IMG/VR virus record: IMGVR_UViG_3300020204_000079
Span: 1-56,367 of that record
Origin: a virus
Taxonomy: Duplodnaviria; Caudoviricetes
DNA: 56,367 bases
Reading direction: 5' to 3' (one strand)
The position numbers and the translations under genes are program-made. Below the pieces are notes generated by a model. That model did not search any database. It had not been told where the DNA came from and saw only the letters and a list, made by a program, of their open reading frames with translations. Within the stretch, counting starts at the first letter, position 1. The number at the start of each line of letters is the position of its first letter. Positions 53,801 through 56,367 of the stretch are shown in pieces.

Positions 53801-55021
53801 TCAGGCAGCAACTTCCATTTCACTGTCGCTGGTCGTAATTGCCAGCACGGGGTCGAAACTCACTAGTGCAGTGCCCAGTGCAGCGCGCAGCGCGTCGTCG
53901 GAGACGTTGGCTTTCCAAAGCTGTTGAAGAACCTCGGCTGACTCGGGAGACGCACGGTTGACCATTGTTTCCTCGAAGGCACCCCGGAAGTCCTGACCAT
54001 CAGTCAGCGCCTCGGCGAGGTAGAACGCCTCGCGCAGCGTTGGGATATGGTCAAGCTGGGCAGAATCACCGGCTTGGCGGCAGACGGTCAGGAAGGCGAC
54101 GATTACCTCAGCGAGCGGCAGCTTGACGCCAGCGCGCATCGAGATGACCTTGGCTTCCATTTCAGGCTTGAGGTAGCTGAAGTTCAGCGTTTTAGCGAAG
54201 CGGTTGACGAAGGCGACGTTTTGCTCACGCACCCCGACGTACATGCCGGTGAAATCACCGCGACCGTTAGAGTTGTCAGCAGCCATGAACACGACGCCGG
54301 GAGCCTTGCGGATCACCTGTCCGGTTTCGGGAATGGTGACCACGCCTTCAGGTTCCAGCGGAGCGTGGAGCGCCGACAAGTACTCAGGACGGGCAAAGCT
54401 GACCTCATCGAGCAGGATGATTGCACCCGGGCGCTGCATGCCGCGTAGGATGACGCCTTGCTGGTAGACCGTGCTGCCGTTTTTGACGCGCTCACCGCCA
54501 ATGAATTCGTAACGCTCAGCACCGGAGTCGAAGCTGACCCGGATAAAGGCGCGACCAAGACCGGCGGCGACGTTTTTGACAAACTCGGTTTTGCCGGTGC
54601 CAGCGGGACCAGCCAGCCAGACGTTGCGTCCGCGCTTAATGGCAACGACAGCGGAAAACAGCAGTTCGGCGTCGAACTTGTACATCGGGTCAAGTATCGG
54701 GGCGGCGGGGTCGTTCCAGACCTCGACCTCGGTGCCAGCGTATTTGCCGCGGATGCCAAACACCTGACCCAGGGTGGCGGTTTTGACAACAGCAACGTCA
54801 GGCTGTTCGACCGGCTGTTCAACAGCAGCGGGGGCAGCAGCGCCCCAGACGCCAGCGATCAGACCGACCTGGGGAAGCGCAGCAGCCACAACCTCACCGG
54901 GCAGCGCAGAGACAGCGGCGACCATTTCCTCCTTGGAGGCACGGGCGAGATCGCGTCCTTTGCCGGTTACCCGGCGCAGCACGTCATTGAGTTGGGGTTT
55001 GGAGAGTATGTCAAGGTTCAT
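53801..55021 (-). CDS. MoxR/CobS-family AAA+ ATPase
   Basis: GPAGTGKT, LLDE, AADNSNGRGD, N.AF.NRF. Confidence 0.9.
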   Translation of the reverse strand: MNLDILSKPQLNDVLRRVTGKGRDLARASKEEMVAAVSALPGEVVAAALPQVGLIAGVWGAAAPAAVEQPVEQPDVAVVKTATLGQVFGIRGKYAGTEVEVWNDPAAPILDPMYKFDAELLFSAVVAIKRGRNVWLAGPAGTGKTEFVKNVAAGLGRAFIRVSFDSGAERYEFIGGERVKNGSTVYQQGVILRGMQRPGAIILLDEVSFARPEYLSALHAPLEPEGVVTIPETGQVIRKAPGVVFMAADNSNGRGDFTGMYVGVREQNVAFVNRFAKTLNFSYLKPEMEAKVISMRAGVKLPLAEVIVAFLTVCRQAGDSAQLDHIPTLREAFYLAEALTDGQDFRGAFEETMVNRASPESAEVLQQLWKANVSDDALRAALGTALVSFDPVLAITTSDSEMEVAA

Positions 55022-55030
55022 GGTTACCTT

Positions 55031-55183
55031 TCAGAGAACAAGACCGAAAACCAGCAGCGCGTAAACCAGCGCAGCGGCAGCGAAGAACTGAAGAACAGCA
55101 AGTAACTGCTTAGCAAGGAAACATACCGTTCGGTATTGTTCCCGTCGACGCAGGGTGCGCGTAATTTCCTGGGCGGCGTTCAT
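55031..55183 (-). CDS. Small membrane protein, 50 aa (absent from the ORF track)
   Basis: Translated by hand: MNAAQEITRTLRRREQ...LLAVLQFFAAAALVYALLVFGLVL; GGAGG RBS. Confidence 0.65.
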   Translation of the reverse strand: MNAAQEITRTLRRREQYRTVCFLAKQLLAVLQFFAAAALVYALLVFGLVL

Positions 55184-55386
55184 CGAGCCTCCATTGCAAA
55201 CTGGAGATTTGCGTAACTAGAAGCCAACGACACCGTGTAGCCGAGTTTGCGGATGGTCGCCAGAGCCTGGGGCGTAAGGGTTTTGGTACCCGCAAGCTCG
55301 CATAAAAGCTTGGCTGTGTCATTAACCGGGTAAGCGGTCGGGCGACCGTAGACTTCGCGGATTTGGACAACGCATTCCATGATCAA
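55180..55386 (-). CDS. Conserved small phage protein
   Basis: VYG....YPVN..A......AGTKTLT......I..LGY. Confidence 0.7.
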   Translation of the reverse strand: MIMECVVQIREVYGRPTAYPVNDTAKLLCELAGTKTLTPQALATIRKLGYTVSLASSYANLQFAMEAR

Positions 55387-55658
55387 ACCTCGGCGTAGGG
55401 AAGGTTGTTAAACAGGTCAAGGTCAACGTCGAGCGAGACCCTTTCGGTCGGGCTGAGGGCGACGATGGCGCGAACGTGCGGGTCGGCAAGCTTCCCGGCA
55501 ATATGCTCATGGAGCATCGAGAAGGTCACCGGGAAGCGAAGGTCACTGGGCAGGCTGCGAACAAAAGCTTCGCTGAGCATCCGGTTGTAGTTGCGCTTGA
55601 TGCCGGTGATAGTTGCGGCAAGAAGCAATGGCTGGGTGAAATACTTGATTTTGCTCAT
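55383..55658 (-). CDS. Hypothetical protein, first gene of the leftward early operon
   Basis: Overlaps the next gene; RNYNR motif. Confidence 0.6.
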   Translation of the reverse strand: MSKIKYFTQPLLLAATITGIKRNYNRMLSEAFVRSLPSDLRFPVTFSMLHEHIAGKLADPHVRAIVALSPTERVSLDVDLDLFNNLPYAEV

Positions 55659-55970
55659 GGTTCAGTCGGGAACTTTCATTGCGCCAAGTACCGTCAGCGC
55701 AGCGGTAGGACAGGGCGTCCGCACTTGCCCATCACGATGGGCAAGGTCTGAAACCCTGTTGCAGCCGGGTCAGAAGATCGGCTGGGTCCGGTGGATTCCG
55801 CTCGGGCAGGTCGTGCGCACTTTACGGTCGCGTTAGCACCCGGACTCTGGCGGCTTGGTCCGACCATCAGACCTATCGCCCACCAGGACATTCATCGGTC
55901 GCCTGGAACCTATCTCCCGGTCGTGTCGGTCGTGGGAGAGAACTACTAAAGAACGGAACCGACAGGAGAG

Positions 55971-56000
55971 AGTGTAGGGAGTAGTAATACTCTGAGTCAA
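55971..56000 (-). promoter_or_regulatory. Leftward early promoter
   Basis: TTGACT-18-TACACT with operator-like half sites GGTATTG and AGTATTA. Confidence 0.6.
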
Positions 56001-56115
56001 TACCTTGTGATAAGAATTGTTGTCAGAATGTTGTTTTTTTACGATTCCTGAATGCTGACAATGACTTACAAGTCCCCACACTTTGTAGGGTTTTTCAAAA
56101 CTGAAAGGTGAAAAG

Positions 56116-56277
56116 ATGAAAAAAGTAATCCCCATGAAGAAGTACGCAGCCGGTGGCGCAGTAGGCAAGTTCAAGCCATGCGCTGCGTGTAAGAACGTCG
56201 CAGCCTGCGCCAAGGCAGGCAAGTGCATGGCGCAAGGCATGAGGCGCGGCGGCATGGTCAAGGGCAAGAAGTGCTGA
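56116..56277 (+). CDS. Small basic Cys-rich protein, 53 aa (MKKVIPMKKYAAGGAV...CAAC...KKC); 5'-truncated copy at 1-151
   Basis: Translated by hand; GAAAGGTG RBS upstream; the two repeat-copy differences within it are synonymous. Confidence 0.7.
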   Translation: MKKVIPMKKYAAGGAVGKFKPCAACKNVAACAKAGKCMAQGMRRGGMVKGKKC

Positions 56278-56367
56278 GTCATGGCTAAGGCTAAGTCCAC
56301 GGTCAACAGCGCCGGGAACTACACCAAACCCGGCATGCGTAAGGCGCTGTTCGAGTCCATCAAGGGC
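56127..56367 (+). repeat. Terminal direct repeat, copy 2
   Basis: Matches 1-241 with 3 substitutions; implies a circular unit of 56126 bp. Confidence 0.95.

Noticed and set aside
51720-55021. Cobalamin biosynthesis genes cobS/cobT
   Set aside because: No cobN or other cob genes; a generic MoxR-vWA pair is more likely
51684-55105. Plus-strand ORFs opposite the vWA and AAA+ genes
   Set aside because: Typical antisense shadows of GC-rich genes

Overview
The window is an apparently complete temperate tailed-phage genome of about 56.1 kb. Bases 1-241 recur at 56127-56367 with three synonymous differences. A rightward late region (about 0.15-40 kb) carries terS, a cupin, holin and lysozyme, terL, portal, scaffold, major capsid, adaptors and tail/fibre genes. 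It also holds a heme oxygenase + ferredoxin-dependent bilin reductase (hemO-pcyX-like) cassette, internal virion proteins and a 2727-aa polyvalent protein. After it come an attP (3' half of tRNA-Asp), a tyrosine integrase, recombination genes, a cI/cro switch, replication genes, rusA and a Q-like gene. A leftward early operon encodes an HD alarmone-hydrolase-like protein and a MoxR AAA+/vWA pair. The most notable observation is inside the polyvalent gene. Its effector-like domains (RelA/SpoT synthetase-like, glycosylase-like, MuF-C-like) are bounded by [FY]SR motifs, and two linkers hide small overprinted ORFs. One is antisense with its own sigma70 promoter, Shine-Dalgarno and operator-like site; the other is in the +1 frame. 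Both are candidate nested immunity genes. The palindrome RACAGCTGTY is strongly over-represented across the genome. All family assignments come from motif recognition by eye, not from database searches.
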